Below are positions 47,386-55,989 of a stretch of 64,000 nucleotides of DNA, piece by piece (the first letter of the stretch is position 1; the number at the start of each line of letters is the position of its first letter). The notes beneath the pieces are model-generated. The model was not told the DNA's origin, did no database searches, and saw only the letters and a list, made by a program, of their open reading frames with translations. The DNA is from a virus. The stretch is taken from positions 66,145 to 130,144 of the IMG/VR virus record IMGVR_UViG_3300042402_002564. One strand, given 5' to 3'. Both the position numbers and the translations under genes were made by a program.

Positions 47386-47556
47386 ATGGAAGTCACTGAA
47401 CATAATGTTGATGCTGATTGGAACCATCATGAGATTGAAGCATTGATGGCACTGGTCAAAGGTCAAATGTTACGGGATGACAACGATAAGTTTATTCATT
47501 TGTTTTATGCCAAAATCTATGGTAAACTGATGGGAATGAAGCACGAGTTACTATGA
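47386..47556 (+). CDS. small-gene array protein (56 aa)
   Basis: read from the sequence; ATGA overlap with the next gene. Confidence 0.3.
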   Translation: MEVTEHNVDADWNHHEIEALMALVKGQMLRDDNDKFIHLFYAKIYGKLMGMKHELL

Positions 47557-47771
47557 CCAAACTCTGTAAAGATTGTAAGTGGTATCGTAAATCTTGGATA
47601 GAACATATCTTTTTTAGAACCAATAGGTATGATATGTGTGCCTCTCCAAATACCACTGACGACCTTGTAACTGGTCGTAGACAACGATTTTGTGATATGT
47701 TGAGGTCAACTAGATGGGAGATTCTTGATTATTCTTGTGGTCCTGATGGTAGATATTGGGAGGCAAAATGA
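47553..47771 (+). CDS. small Cys-rich protein
   Basis: CKDCKWY...C...C pattern. Confidence 0.4.
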   Translation: MTKLCKDCKWYRKSWIEHIFFRTNRYDMCASPNTTDDLVTGRRQRFCDMLRSTRWEILDYSCGPDGRYWEAK

Positions 47772-47938
47772 AAGCATTTAAAATATGTTTTGAGTTGTGG
47801 AAGCAACTGATGACTTATGATGGTCGTGACCCTGAATGGGACTTTGAAGATTATCAAGGTATTTTTTGGGATTATCTAAACTACTCTTACATTAGAACAG
47901 AGTGGAGTATCAAGAGTGAATGGGAGTGGAAAAAATGA
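47756..47938 (+). CDS. small-gene array protein
   Basis: overlap-coupled. Confidence 0.35.
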   Translation: MGGKMKAFKICFELWKQLMTYDGRDPEWDFEDYQGIFWDYLNYSYIRTEWSIKSEWEWKK

Positions 47939-48123
47939 CTAAATTAGTAAATTGGACTGAAAACCCAGATGAGATTGTACTGGAAGAGGTGAAGTTGTTT
48001 CATCTGGAAAGTATGAATGAACGAGCACTGTGGATTGGTGTTTATGGACAAGATGGTAAGATTTATCATTTGAATATCACTGGTGATCAACTAAAATACT
48101 ACTGGAGTGATGAAACAGTTTGA
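47935..48123 (+). CDS. small-gene array protein
   Basis: ATGACTAA start, ATGA overlap. Confidence 0.4.
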   Translation: MTKLVNWTENPDEIVLEEVKLFHLESMNERALWIGVYGQDGKIYHLNITGDQLKYYWSDETV

Positions 48124-48154
48124 GTAACTAAATATCTAAAAAAGCATTTATAAA

Positions 48155-48583
48155 ATGGCAATCAATAATACAACTTACCGATTACTTGTAGAGAAATTGG
48201 GAAACTCAGATCCTTCCTTATTTGTTGGTAATGAGGGAGAGGTATTTTATGATCCTGATGCAATATCTCCTATTTTTAAATTATCTGATGGATCTACTCC
48301 TGGTGGAATTCCATTTGATCCAAGTGTTATTCAAGACTTAAACGTTACCGATTATCTGCACATTGCTGGTATTGGTGTATCCCCACCACCATCAACTCAA
48401 ACAAAACTTTTTGTTGGTGGTGAATCGGAAATTGCTAGTAATTTAAGCGTGAGTGGAATTGTAACTTCTTTTGGTGGATTTATTAGTGGAATAAGCACTG
48501 CAGCAGTTGAAATTACTATTTCTGGAAACAGATTAGTATTTACTGCTGCAGGAATTGGATCTACATCTTTTATATTGTCCTGA
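48155..48583 (+). CDS. hypothetical protein, possibly structural
   Basis: Gly/Ser/Ile-rich 142-aa ORF followed by a terminator. Confidence 0.4.
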   Translation: MAINNTTYRLLVEKLGNSDPSLFVGNEGEVFYDPDAISPIFKLSDGSTPGGIPFDPSVIQDLNVTDYLHIAGIGVSPPPSTQTKLFVGGESEIASNLSVSGIVTSFGGFISGISTAAVEITISGNRLVFTAAGIGSTSFILS

Positions 48584-48607
48584 TCCACTTACAAAACTGC
48601 ACATCAG

Positions 48608-48630
48608 GTGCCTTGCGAGGCACTTTTTTT
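48608..48630 (+). terminator. rho-independent terminator
   Basis: GGTGCCT-TGCG-AGGCACC hairpin plus T7; TATAAT downstream at 48635-48640. Confidence 0.65.
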
Positions 48631-48662
48631 ATGCTATAATTGCTTTATGAAATCAAAGACCG

Positions 48663-48962
48663 ATGACTCTCCTTGACCGCTACAAAAACTGGACTCGCAA
48701 ACAGTACAACAAACACTATTTTGAGTATGATTTCAAACCCCATTTCAAGTGGAATCCATTTGACACTGATAATGATTGGGTCTATGATAATGAGAAGTGG
48801 AGAAACTTCATTTGGGGGTGGCAGAGTGTGGGATATGCCTGGGAAGCATGGAGTTATTGGATGAGGGATATGAAGTATCAATATAAACTTCCTCATGCGA
48901 TTTGGTCAGAACTAAATGATGGTTATATGGCAATGTACATTTACTCCTGGACAAAGAAATGA
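48663..48962 (+). CDS. hypothetical Trp/Tyr-rich protein
   Basis: 99-aa ORF, W/Y-rich. Confidence 0.4.
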   Translation: MTLLDRYKNWTRKQYNKHYFEYDFKPHFKWNPFDTDNDWVYDNEKWRNFIWGWQSVGYAWEAWSYWMRDMKYQYKLPHAIWSELNDGYMAMYIYSWTKK

Positions 48963-49166
48963 AGATTTTTTATTATTTTTATCAAGAAGATTATGGTCAT
49001 GAACTATATCTAAATATCTTCGCTTTTAAGATGTTTAATATATTTCAATTAGAATTCATGTGGGATGCTTGTCCAACATGGATCCCCTATCTTACGCTAT
49101 CTTTTTTGGGACATTATGGTAGTCTTATTGGTATTACATTAGGATTTGGTAAATTAAGGTTCTCTT

Positions 49167-49439
49167 TTGACTTCCTTGCCTACCAACCCAAAAACTTGGA
49201 TTATCTTCGTAGGTAGTATGGCAAAGATTAAATACTTCTTCTTAGATTTGTGGTATAAGTATAAATCATGGAGATTTGAACGTAAGTGTATTAAACATCT
49301 TGGTATGAAGCCACAAAAAATGTATGTGACCAAAGAGCAATATGATGCTTTGGTTGAAGCAATCAACAAACCACCAGACCCTAAAGTAGTAGAAAGATTT
49401 AAAGAAATTATGAATAGAAAAGCACCTTGGGAAGATTAG
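49167..49439 (+). CDS. hypothetical small protein
   Basis: ORF; the competing 48959..49216 frame is less convincing. Confidence 0.3.
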   Translation: MTSLPTNPKTWIIFVGSMAKIKYFFLDLWYKYKSWRFERKCIKHLGMKPQKMYVTKEQYDALVEAINKPPDPKVVERFKEIMNRKAPWED

Positions 49440-49619
49440 TATGAAGGTTCCAACTAAAGCAGAACTAATACATCTTAAAATTCAAGCAGCAATGCGAGAG
49501 AAGAATTTTCCTGATGATGAGATTAAATACTTAGGTGAACGTGAAGGAACACATTGGTATCTTGTTGCTGGGAAATATGAAGTTCCAGTAGAAGATATTG
49601 TCGAATTTGAGGGAACATA
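49440..49619 (+). CDS. hypothetical small protein (59 aa)
   Basis: read from the sequence; adjacent-coupled. Confidence 0.3.
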
Positions 49620-49994
49620 ATGAACAATCAATACGATAGAGAAGAAGAACAAATAGAGTATACATTTAATGTAAACACTTCTGGAATGATTGAGATTGAA
49701 TCCAAATCAATTCCAACTACAGAAACAATTATTAACAATGCTGCAGAGAAGGCAGCAAAAATTTTAAATGTTGACATAACCAATATAGATAAGATTAAGT
49801 TTTTAAGATTGTATCTTGCACTTTACTCATTGTGTGGATATAATAAAGAAAATCAATCTGAGGGAGATAATATGATGCGTTGGTGGTTAAATACTGATAA
49901 TAAACATCTTGGTTATGTTCCAGCAAATTATCTTCAACATCCAATTCAAATGGATGAAATTATTCGTTACTTAGAATCATTTAACAATCATTAA
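49620..49994 (+). CDS. hypothetical protein
   Basis: ORF. Confidence 0.4.
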   Translation: MNNQYDREEEQIEYTFNVNTSGMIEIESKSIPTTETIINNAAEKAAKILNVDITNIDKIKFLRLYLALYSLCGYNKENQSEGDNMMRWWLNTDNKHLGYVPANYLQHPIQMDEIIRYLESFNNH

Positions 49995-50001
49995 TTCAAT
50001 T

Positions 50002-50322
50002 ATGCTCTCTACACAATACCGTCTTAAACTTCAGGCAATCTGCGATAAAATTGTTAATCAAGAATCTGTAGATTTACATGATATGATTTGGGCAGAGAAA
50101 CTTGCAAAAGTAAATCGAACTGCTGCAACAATGCTACGTCAGGCACGAAGAACCGCAGAGAATCCAGATATGCAAGAAGGAGATTTAGATGATTTTTTAA
50201 ATCAACTTGATATTGGTGGTATTGGGCATGAGCGTAAAGGTATTCGCAGATTTGATACTGTTGATGAAATTGTAGACTTTTTTACGGAGGATAAACCCGA
50301 TGACTGGAGACAGAGAGACTAA
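50002..50322 (+). CDS. hypothetical protein
   Basis: ORF. Confidence 0.4.
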   Translation: MLSTQYRLKLQAICDKIVNQESVDLHDMIWAEKLAKVNRTAATMLRQARRTAENPDMQEGDLDDFLNQLDIGGIGHERKGIRRFDTVDEIVDFFTEDKPDDWRQRD

Positions 50323-50548
50323 ATCAACTGAGAGTTATGAACAACTTATTGAAAGGTTCAATAAGAGGACAACTCAATTAGAGATACGAAAAGAACAACT
50401 TCATCCCATGTATTCTGAATACGTTCAAATTGAAAGAGATTTAGAACGTTTACGTGGTTCCTTACAGGTTGCCGAATATCTTGCTTATGGTACATTACCA
50501 GGTGATGGTAATCATGATGGTATGAGACATCATAAACCGAGGAGATGA
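50300..50548 (+). CDS. hypothetical small protein
   Basis: ORF; ATGACTGG start. Confidence 0.35.
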   Translation: MTGDRETKSTESYEQLIERFNKRTTQLEIRKEQLHPMYSEYVQIERDLERLRGSLQVAEYLAYGTLPGDGNHDGMRHHKPRR

Positions 50549-50552
50549 TGTC

Positions 50553-50753
50553 ATGAAGACACTTCAAGATTTTTTGTCAGAGGAAGAAAAGTCTTCCAAA
50601 AGAACAGCAGAATATCAAAATGAACCAAAGGGTAATGAGAAGTGCTCTAATTGTAATATGTGGCGAGAACCAAATGAATGTACTGCTGTAAAAGGAAAAA
50701 TCTCTCCCGATGGTTGGTGTAAGTGGCATCAGTATGACCGAAAAAATCAGTGA
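50553..50753 (+). CDS. small Cys-rich protein
   Basis: CSNCNMW...C...C..H pattern. Confidence 0.35.
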   Translation: MKTLQDFLSEEEKSSKRTAEYQNEPKGNEKCSNCNMWREPNECTAVKGKISPDGWCKWHQYDRKNQ

Positions 50754-50970
50754 TTGGGATTTAATGAAGAAGGGAGATTCTGTAACTTTTCTCAGTTGTA
50801 GTACCTTCCAAATTCAATGGGGTAATAATGACGACCCATATCCAATTTTAGAAGAAGGTAAGATTTATACTGTTGAAGATGTAAGAATACATAGTTTACA
50901 CACCAAAATCAAACTAATTGGTTATGATGGGTGGTATAATAGTGTTTGTTTTATAAGGAACGAATTATGA
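50734..50970 (+). CDS. hypothetical small protein
   Basis: ATG 50734. Confidence 0.35.
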   Translation: MTEKISDWDLMKKGDSVTFLSCSTFQIQWGNNDDPYPILEEGKIYTVEDVRIHSLHTKIKLIGYDGWYNSVCFIRNEL

Positions 50971-51191
50971 ATGCAATTTTATGGAGTGGTACATTAGACA
51001 ATCGTTATGAATGTACTGTAGAGCATACATCTCAATACAAAGGTCAATTACGTATCTTTGATAATCAGAACAACTCAGTTCTTTTGATTGAAGAAGTTGG
51101 TGTATCTTATGGTGCAACCTTTGGTGCTGATATGGGTGATGTATCTGATTGGCAAAATCGCTGTGCAGAGTTTATTGATTCAATGACATGA
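50967..51191 (+). CDS. hypothetical small protein
   Basis: ATGA overlap. Confidence 0.35.
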   Translation: MNAILWSGTLDNRYECTVEHTSQYKGQLRIFDNQNNSVLLIEEVGVSYGATFGADMGDVSDWQNRCAEFIDSMT

Positions 51192-51727
51192 GTGATATTC
51201 AAATTTATGATGATTATCTACCAGAGAATTATTTTAATCATCTACAAAATATTCTATTGCATAAAGACCCAAACTTTGCATGGTATTATAATGATAATGT
51301 AGTCGATGAGAATGATCAGGACTTCCAATTTGTACATGTGTTCTATAAGAATCATGTACCAAATAGTCCTTATTTTAATGAACTCTCATTTGCGATTCAA
51401 TCATTAAATCCATTGTCATTGATACGCATTAAGGCAAATCTATTACCACGTACACCAGAACATATTGAACATGGTATGCATGTAGATGTTCCTGATTCTG
51501 ATTGTTCACATCTAAAGACTGCAATTCTATACATGAATACCAATAATGGTTATACACTGTTTGAGGATGGTACAAAGGTCAATAGTGTGGCAAATCGTAT
51601 GGTCATCTTCCCTACGCAAATGCATCATACTGGTGCCACATGTACGGATGAGAAGGTAAGAATAGTCATTAACTTTAATTACCTGTGCCAATCACAATTC
51701 AATTTACCAGGAATTCAAAATGGATAA
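51188..51727 (+). CDS. 2OG-Fe(II) oxygenase
   Basis: HGMHVDVPD (HxD) and a distal QMHHTG. Confidence 0.55.
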   Translation: MSDIQIYDDYLPENYFNHLQNILLHKDPNFAWYYNDNVVDENDQDFQFVHVFYKNHVPNSPYFNELSFAIQSLNPLSLIRIKANLLPRTPEHIEHGMHVDVPDSDCSHLKTAILYMNTNNGYTLFEDGTKVNSVANRMVIFPTQMHHTGATCTDEKVRIVINFNYLCQSQFNLPGIQNG

Positions 51728-52190
51728 TTTAGAGCAAAATGCCTTATGGGTCATCATGGACCCCTGGTATCCTACACCATACAAATGGGATTTAGAACAA
51801 TATCCAAACATTGATGAATTGAATGAAGTTGTATTGGATAGAATTATAGATTATATTCCAAACTTAAAGCATGTTTGTATCTCCTGCCCATTAACCATTA
51901 TGGAGGACGATAAGGTTAAAGCAGTCACAGCACATCCAAAAGTATCTCATCTTCATAATTTAGAAAACAGTGTATTTAAGTTATACTTTTATATGAAGAA
52001 GCATAATCTGAAGTCCATTGTGTATTGTGGATTTCATTATGGACGTTGTATTTTAGACAAAGACGACGGGGCAATGAATATGTCAAAGCATTGTGATGTA
52101 TGGGTTAAAAAAGACTTATGTGGATTGTATCCAGAAGATGATTGGGAATCAACAGACAAAGAAACACTTAAGTATGCAAAAATAATTTGA
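51720..52190 (+). CDS. isochorismatase-like cysteine hydrolase (nicotinamidase-like)
   Basis: ALWVIMDPW resembles the ALLVIDMQNDF entry motif; IVYCGFHYGRCILDKDDG resembles the catalytic Cys region. Confidence 0.4.
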   Translation: MDNLEQNALWVIMDPWYPTPYKWDLEQYPNIDELNEVVLDRIIDYIPNLKHVCISCPLTIMEDDKVKAVTAHPKVSHLHNLENSVFKLYFYMKKHNLKSIVYCGFHYGRCILDKDDGAMNMSKHCDVWVKKDLCGLYPEDDWESTDKETLKYAKII

Positions 52191-52218
52191 TTCAAAATAA
52201 ATACTTCTTAAAAAGTAT

Positions 52219-53184
52219 ATGAGTAAGACCTATACAGAGAGAATGCAGTATTTAAACCGAACTGGTTTGTTCAGTGGTATTACTCATGCCCTTTTAGAAG
52301 ATAAGGTTAGGAATAATTTTTATAGTGATATTTTAAAAAGTGCAAAAGGTAAACGTGTTGTTGATGTAGGTTCTGGGAGTGGACTCTTAGGATTCCTAGC
52401 ATTAAAGCACGGGGCAGAACATGTTACTTTTATAGAACAGGATAAGGTATCATCAAATCATATTATGAATGTGATTCGTAGGATGAAGATTGATGAATCA
52501 AAGTATCGTGTGATTAATGATGAATTTGTTGCAAGTCGTTGGGATGAATATGAACTCATTAATCCTGATATGATTGTACATGAAATTATTGGTAATTTTA
52601 TTTGGAATGAAACAATGACTTGTGCATTTGATGTTCATTTACCAAATGTAGAGATTATACCAAGTTCTTATCAATTAAAGTATAGTATTGTTCCACTTAC
52701 TGATGAAGGATTTAAATTCTTTTGTGATTATGAGAATAGGAATGCAAAGAATAAACCAGACCTTGATGTTGATTTAGTAGGGTCTGTATTTGTTGATTAT
52801 TATACAAAGGTCTTAAGTCTTTATAATACTGAGGTTAGTACAAAACCATCAATATTGAATCATATAAGAGATAAGGATATTTTAAATGATATCTATTCTA
52901 AGGCAATTCATCATTATGACCATGTAGTGAATATTAATGATGAGAATGACTTTAATCATAAAAGAAGAGTTAAATTCAAGTTACCTAAAACAAAACGTCC
53001 TTATTTAATTCTATGTGAACCATTTGTTCATCATGGTGAGTATACACTTGAGTTTAAGTCTACCTCATCATTTAATGGTTATAATCAACCTATCTTAGTT
53101 CCACCTAATTTAAAGTGTAAGTATTATGAATATGTTTTTGATATTCAACATACTTATACGAAGATAGATAATTATTATGCGTAA
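52219..53184 (+). CDS. class I SAM methyltransferase, PRMT-like
   Basis: motif I VVDVGSGSGLLGFLALKHGA, post-I TFIEQ, and IVHEIIGNFIWNE with E-x8-E spacing identical to the PRMT double-E loop. Confidence 0.55.
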   Translation: MSKTYTERMQYLNRTGLFSGITHALLEDKVRNNFYSDILKSAKGKRVVDVGSGSGLLGFLALKHGAEHVTFIEQDKVSSNHIMNVIRRMKIDESKYRVINDEFVASRWDEYELINPDMIVHEIIGNFIWNETMTCAFDVHLPNVEIIPSSYQLKYSIVPLTDEGFKFFCDYENRNAKNKPDLDVDLVGSVFVDYYTKVLSLYNTEVSTKPSILNHIRDKDILNDIYSKAIHHYDHVVNINDENDFNHKRRVKFKLPKTKRPYLILCEPFVHHGEYTLEFKSTSSFNGYNQPILVPPNLKCKYYEYVFDIQHTYTKIDNYYA

Positions 53185-53194
53185 GATGTTTTAA

Positions 53195-54160
53195 ATGGCA
53201 AAATATTCGGAACGAATGATTCATGAGAATCAAAGACCAAATGGTTATAATGGCATTTGTTTTGGTCTATTAGAAGATGCCGCAAGAAATAAGTTTTATG
53301 ATGAATCACTCAAAAGAGCAAAGGGTAAACGTGTTGTTGATGTAGGTTCTGGTAGTGGATTGTTAGGGTTTTTAGCATTAAAACACGGGGCAAAGCATGT
53401 TACTTTTATTGAGCAGAATATTGTATCTTATTCTCATATCAGAAGAGTATCTGAAATCATGAAGATTGATAAGTCCCGTTATCGTATCATTAATGATGAA
53501 TTTGTTGCAAGTCGTTGGGATGAATATGATTTAAAAAACCCCGATATGATTGTACATGAATTAGTTGGTAGTTATATTTGGAATGATACAATTGGACAAG
53601 CATTTAATCAGTTTATACCAAACGTAGAGATTATACCAAATTTATATGAATTAAAGTTTAGTATTATTCCTTTAAGCGAATCTGGTTTTAATTACCTTCG
53701 TAAGTATCAGAATGAGAAGTCTATTGAGAAGAGAAGATTCCTTGATGTACGTGTTCCTATTGATAAGAAGTTTATTGCTTATTATGAAAATGTTTTAAAT
53801 GATTATGATTATGAGATAGGTATCGTTCCTAGAATAATGAGGTCATTGCATGATGAGTTGTTTAATAAACTATACTCAAAGGATAGAATAGAGTATTATA
53901 CACATGTATTTGATATTAATAAAGAGAAGGATTATAAGAGTAATACTATTGCATCGTTTAATTTACCTAAGACAGATAATCCTTATTTAATCTTTATTCA
54001 TCCGTATCTTCACTCTAAGAAGAATACATTAGACTTTGTAGAGAGTACCTCTTTTAGTGGTCATCGTAAACCTATACTGATTCCACCTAAAGCGAATTGT
54101 AATAAGTTAAGGTATGATGTATTGAAGAATTATATGACGATTGATGATGTAAAAGTATAG
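53195..54160 (+). CDS. class I SAM methyltransferase, PRMT-like (tandem paralog)
   Basis: VVDVGSGSGLLGFLALKHGA, TFIEQ, IVHELVGSYIWND (E-x8-D). Confidence 0.55.
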   Translation: MAKYSERMIHENQRPNGYNGICFGLLEDAARNKFYDESLKRAKGKRVVDVGSGSGLLGFLALKHGAKHVTFIEQNIVSYSHIRRVSEIMKIDKSRYRIINDEFVASRWDEYDLKNPDMIVHELVGSYIWNDTIGQAFNQFIPNVEIIPNLYELKFSIIPLSESGFNYLRKYQNEKSIEKRRFLDVRVPIDKKFIAYYENVLNDYDYEIGIVPRIMRSLHDELFNKLYSKDRIEYYTHVFDINKEKDYKSNTIASFNLPKTDNPYLIFIHPYLHSKKNTLDFVESTSFSGHRKPILIPPKANCNKLRYDVLKNYMTIDDVKV

Positions 54161-54445
54161 TTTTTAATGTTTTTATATTAAAAAATGTATTAAAAAACAT
54201 ATATTAGTGTTTTTAATGTGGTATTATACTAGTGTTATATGGTAGTCTTATACTCTTATAATCTCTCTTATATCCATTATAATCGTGCCAGATCCTTTGA
54301 GTTTTATGCTTATTATACCTCTGGATCCTTGTGATCTTAGGCTGCGTATTATAGCACAACCGCGAAAAAATGTCAAGACCCCCGCTCCAAAAACATAAGG
54401 ACGCGGCATTTTACCATAAGACGCCCCGTGTGTCAACTCCCAGAA

Positions 54446-54688
54446 TCTCGACGAGAATACACGGTTATATCTCGACTAGATTACATCACGATATAACAGT
54501 ATCATTATATCTTATAATCTCGACGAGTATATCACATAAGATCTCGTCGAGTCATATTACAATATAACATTAGTATTATATCATACAATCTCGACGATAC
54601 ATTGTCACAGTATCATAACATAACTTCATAATTAGTCATAATTATCTCGACGAGTATCATATATACCATCAATAAGATCTCGACGAGA
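54446..54688 (+). repeat. cluster of 7 copies of the palindrome TCTCG(A/T)CGAGA in an AT-rich intergenic region
   Basis: copies start at 54446, 54470, 54518, 54543, 54589, 54645, 54678; arms TCTCG/CGAGA are perfect reverse complements. Confidence 0.7.
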
Positions 54689-54704
54689 TGTGCGTCAGAT
54701 TCCC

Positions 54705-54733
54705 TTGACAGGTCTTGCTGCATCATGTACAAT
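54705..54733 (+). promoter_or_regulatory. sigma70-consensus promoter
   Basis: TTGACA 54705-54710, 17-nt spacer, TACAAT 54728-54733. Confidence 0.55.
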
Positions 54734-54757
54734 GTACACAGTTCGCACAAAGTTCTC

Positions 54758-54928
54758 ATGGGTAACACCGCATTTATGGAAGCACAAAAGCATAAGTATC
54801 GCGTCACTCTAGAACTCGACGTTCTTGGTGACTTCGACCCCCATAATATTAATTGGGAGAAGCTCTTTGACCTTAATCCTACAGAGAGTGTGAAGTCTTA
54901 TGTGGAGGACTTGGACTATCCTTGGTAA
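54758..54928 (+). CDS. hypothetical small protein
   Basis: in-frame ATG downstream of the promoter. Confidence 0.35.
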   Translation: MGNTAFMEAQKHKYRVTLELDVLGDFDPHNINWEKLFDLNPTESVKSYVEDLDYPW

Positions 54929-55148
54929 CAGAATATTATACCATAAGGGCATCTAATGCGTCAAGTGCTGACGCACCCTTATGTGTATAAGTATTTCAAA
55001 GCTGGGGAAGTGACGATGTATTGTCGTCTGCAGGGATACCCTTCCCCTCTTCTGGTTGTCTGCAAATGATACATCAGAACGCCCGCAAAACCTGCATTGG
55101 GTGCCAGTTTGGTGAACCGTCCACCTGTGGCACAAAGACCCAGAAGAT
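54929..55148 (+). other. GC-rich intergenic region with nested hairpins (candidate structured RNA)
   Basis: ATAAGGG[GCGTCA-AGTGC-TGACGC]CCCTTAT nested stems; GGGGAAG[GACGA-TGTATTG-TCGTC]...CTTCCCC; GTGGCACA box at 55127. Confidence 0.35.
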
Positions 55149-55184
55149 GTGGTGTACAGTTGCTGGGCAAACGCAATTCGACCG

Positions 55185-55388
55185 ATGATTTTTTTGACAT
55201 CTACCAATCATGGTTGTGTGTATACTCTGTCTCAAGAGGACGGTGATGAGTTGTACTTTGCACCCATCTATGCAAACGGAACTATTAATCTGGAGGAGTT
55301 TGCTCCTGTGGATATGAGTACTGTTGACATGGATGACATGGAGGTGTATGATATCCGTAACCGACTGGTTGCCATGTCCAATATTTGA
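55185..55388 (+). CDS. hypothetical small protein
   Basis: ATG 55185; the track's GTG extension begins at 55149. Confidence 0.3.
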   Translation: MIFLTSTNHGCVYTLSQEDGDELYFAPIYANGTINLEEFAPVDMSTVDMDDMEVYDIRNRLVAMSNI

Positions 55389-55432
55389 ACTGGCACAAGG
55401 GGGTTGACAAGACCCCCACCATCGGTTAAATT
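55387..55432 (+). promoter_or_regulatory. GAACTGGCACA box + hairpin-embedded -35 promoter
   Basis: GAACTGGCACA 55387-55397; GGGGG-TTGACAAGA-CCCCC with TTGACA at 55404-55409; TAAATT at 55427-55432. Confidence 0.5.
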
Positions 55433-55458
55433 TAAATCGTTCACCACTCAACCAAACA

Positions 55459-55917
55459 ATGGGAACCCGCTCTCGCATCGGTTACGAACTTCCTGATCAC
55501 TCCGTGGTTAGTGTTTACTGCCACTGGGATGGTTATGTAGAGAACAACGGTCGCATTCTGGTAGAGCACTATCAGAACCGCGATGATGTACAAGAACTGA
55601 TTGATGGTGGTTCTATGTCTTCTCTTCGCACAACTCATCTGTGGGAGACTGCAGCAGTACGTGATGAGGATGGTAAGATTGTAGAGAACCCTGATGGTAG
55701 TTGGGTTATGTCTCCAACCCGCGATGCACAACCTCTTTATCACACTGAGCGTGGTGAAGATCTGAATGTGGATCACACTTCATTTGATAAGTTTGTATCA
55801 GGTGATTGGGGTGAGGATTATGCTTACCTGTACGACCTCAACGGTAACTGGAAAGCATATAAGATTGGGTGGGGACCTGTTGAGCGTGTGGACATCCCCA
55901 ACTACGTGACAGCGTAG
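55459..55917 (+). CDS. hypothetical protein (152 aa)
   Basis: ORF downstream of the promoter; GC-rich codon usage. Confidence 0.45.
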   Translation: MGTRSRIGYELPDHSVVSVYCHWDGYVENNGRILVEHYQNRDDVQELIDGGSMSSLRTTHLWETAAVRDEDGKIVENPDGSWVMSPTRDAQPLYHTERGEDLNVDHTSFDKFVSGDWGEDYAYLYDLNGNWKAYKIGWGPVERVDIPNYVTA

Positions 55918-55989
55918 GAACTGGCACACGGGTCCTGGGTCATGACCTAAAACTGACCTATACTTCTCTCAGTTCACACCACTCCGCTA

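Noticed and set aside
54446-54688. Possible CRISPR array
   Set aside because: Repeat unit is only 11-13 bp and palindromic, spacing is irregular (24-56 bp), and there are no cas genes; far more like operator/iteron sites
54929-55148. Group I intron or homing element
   Set aside because: Structured, but no recognisable P/Q/R/S core or interrupted host gene could be seen; left as generic structured RNA
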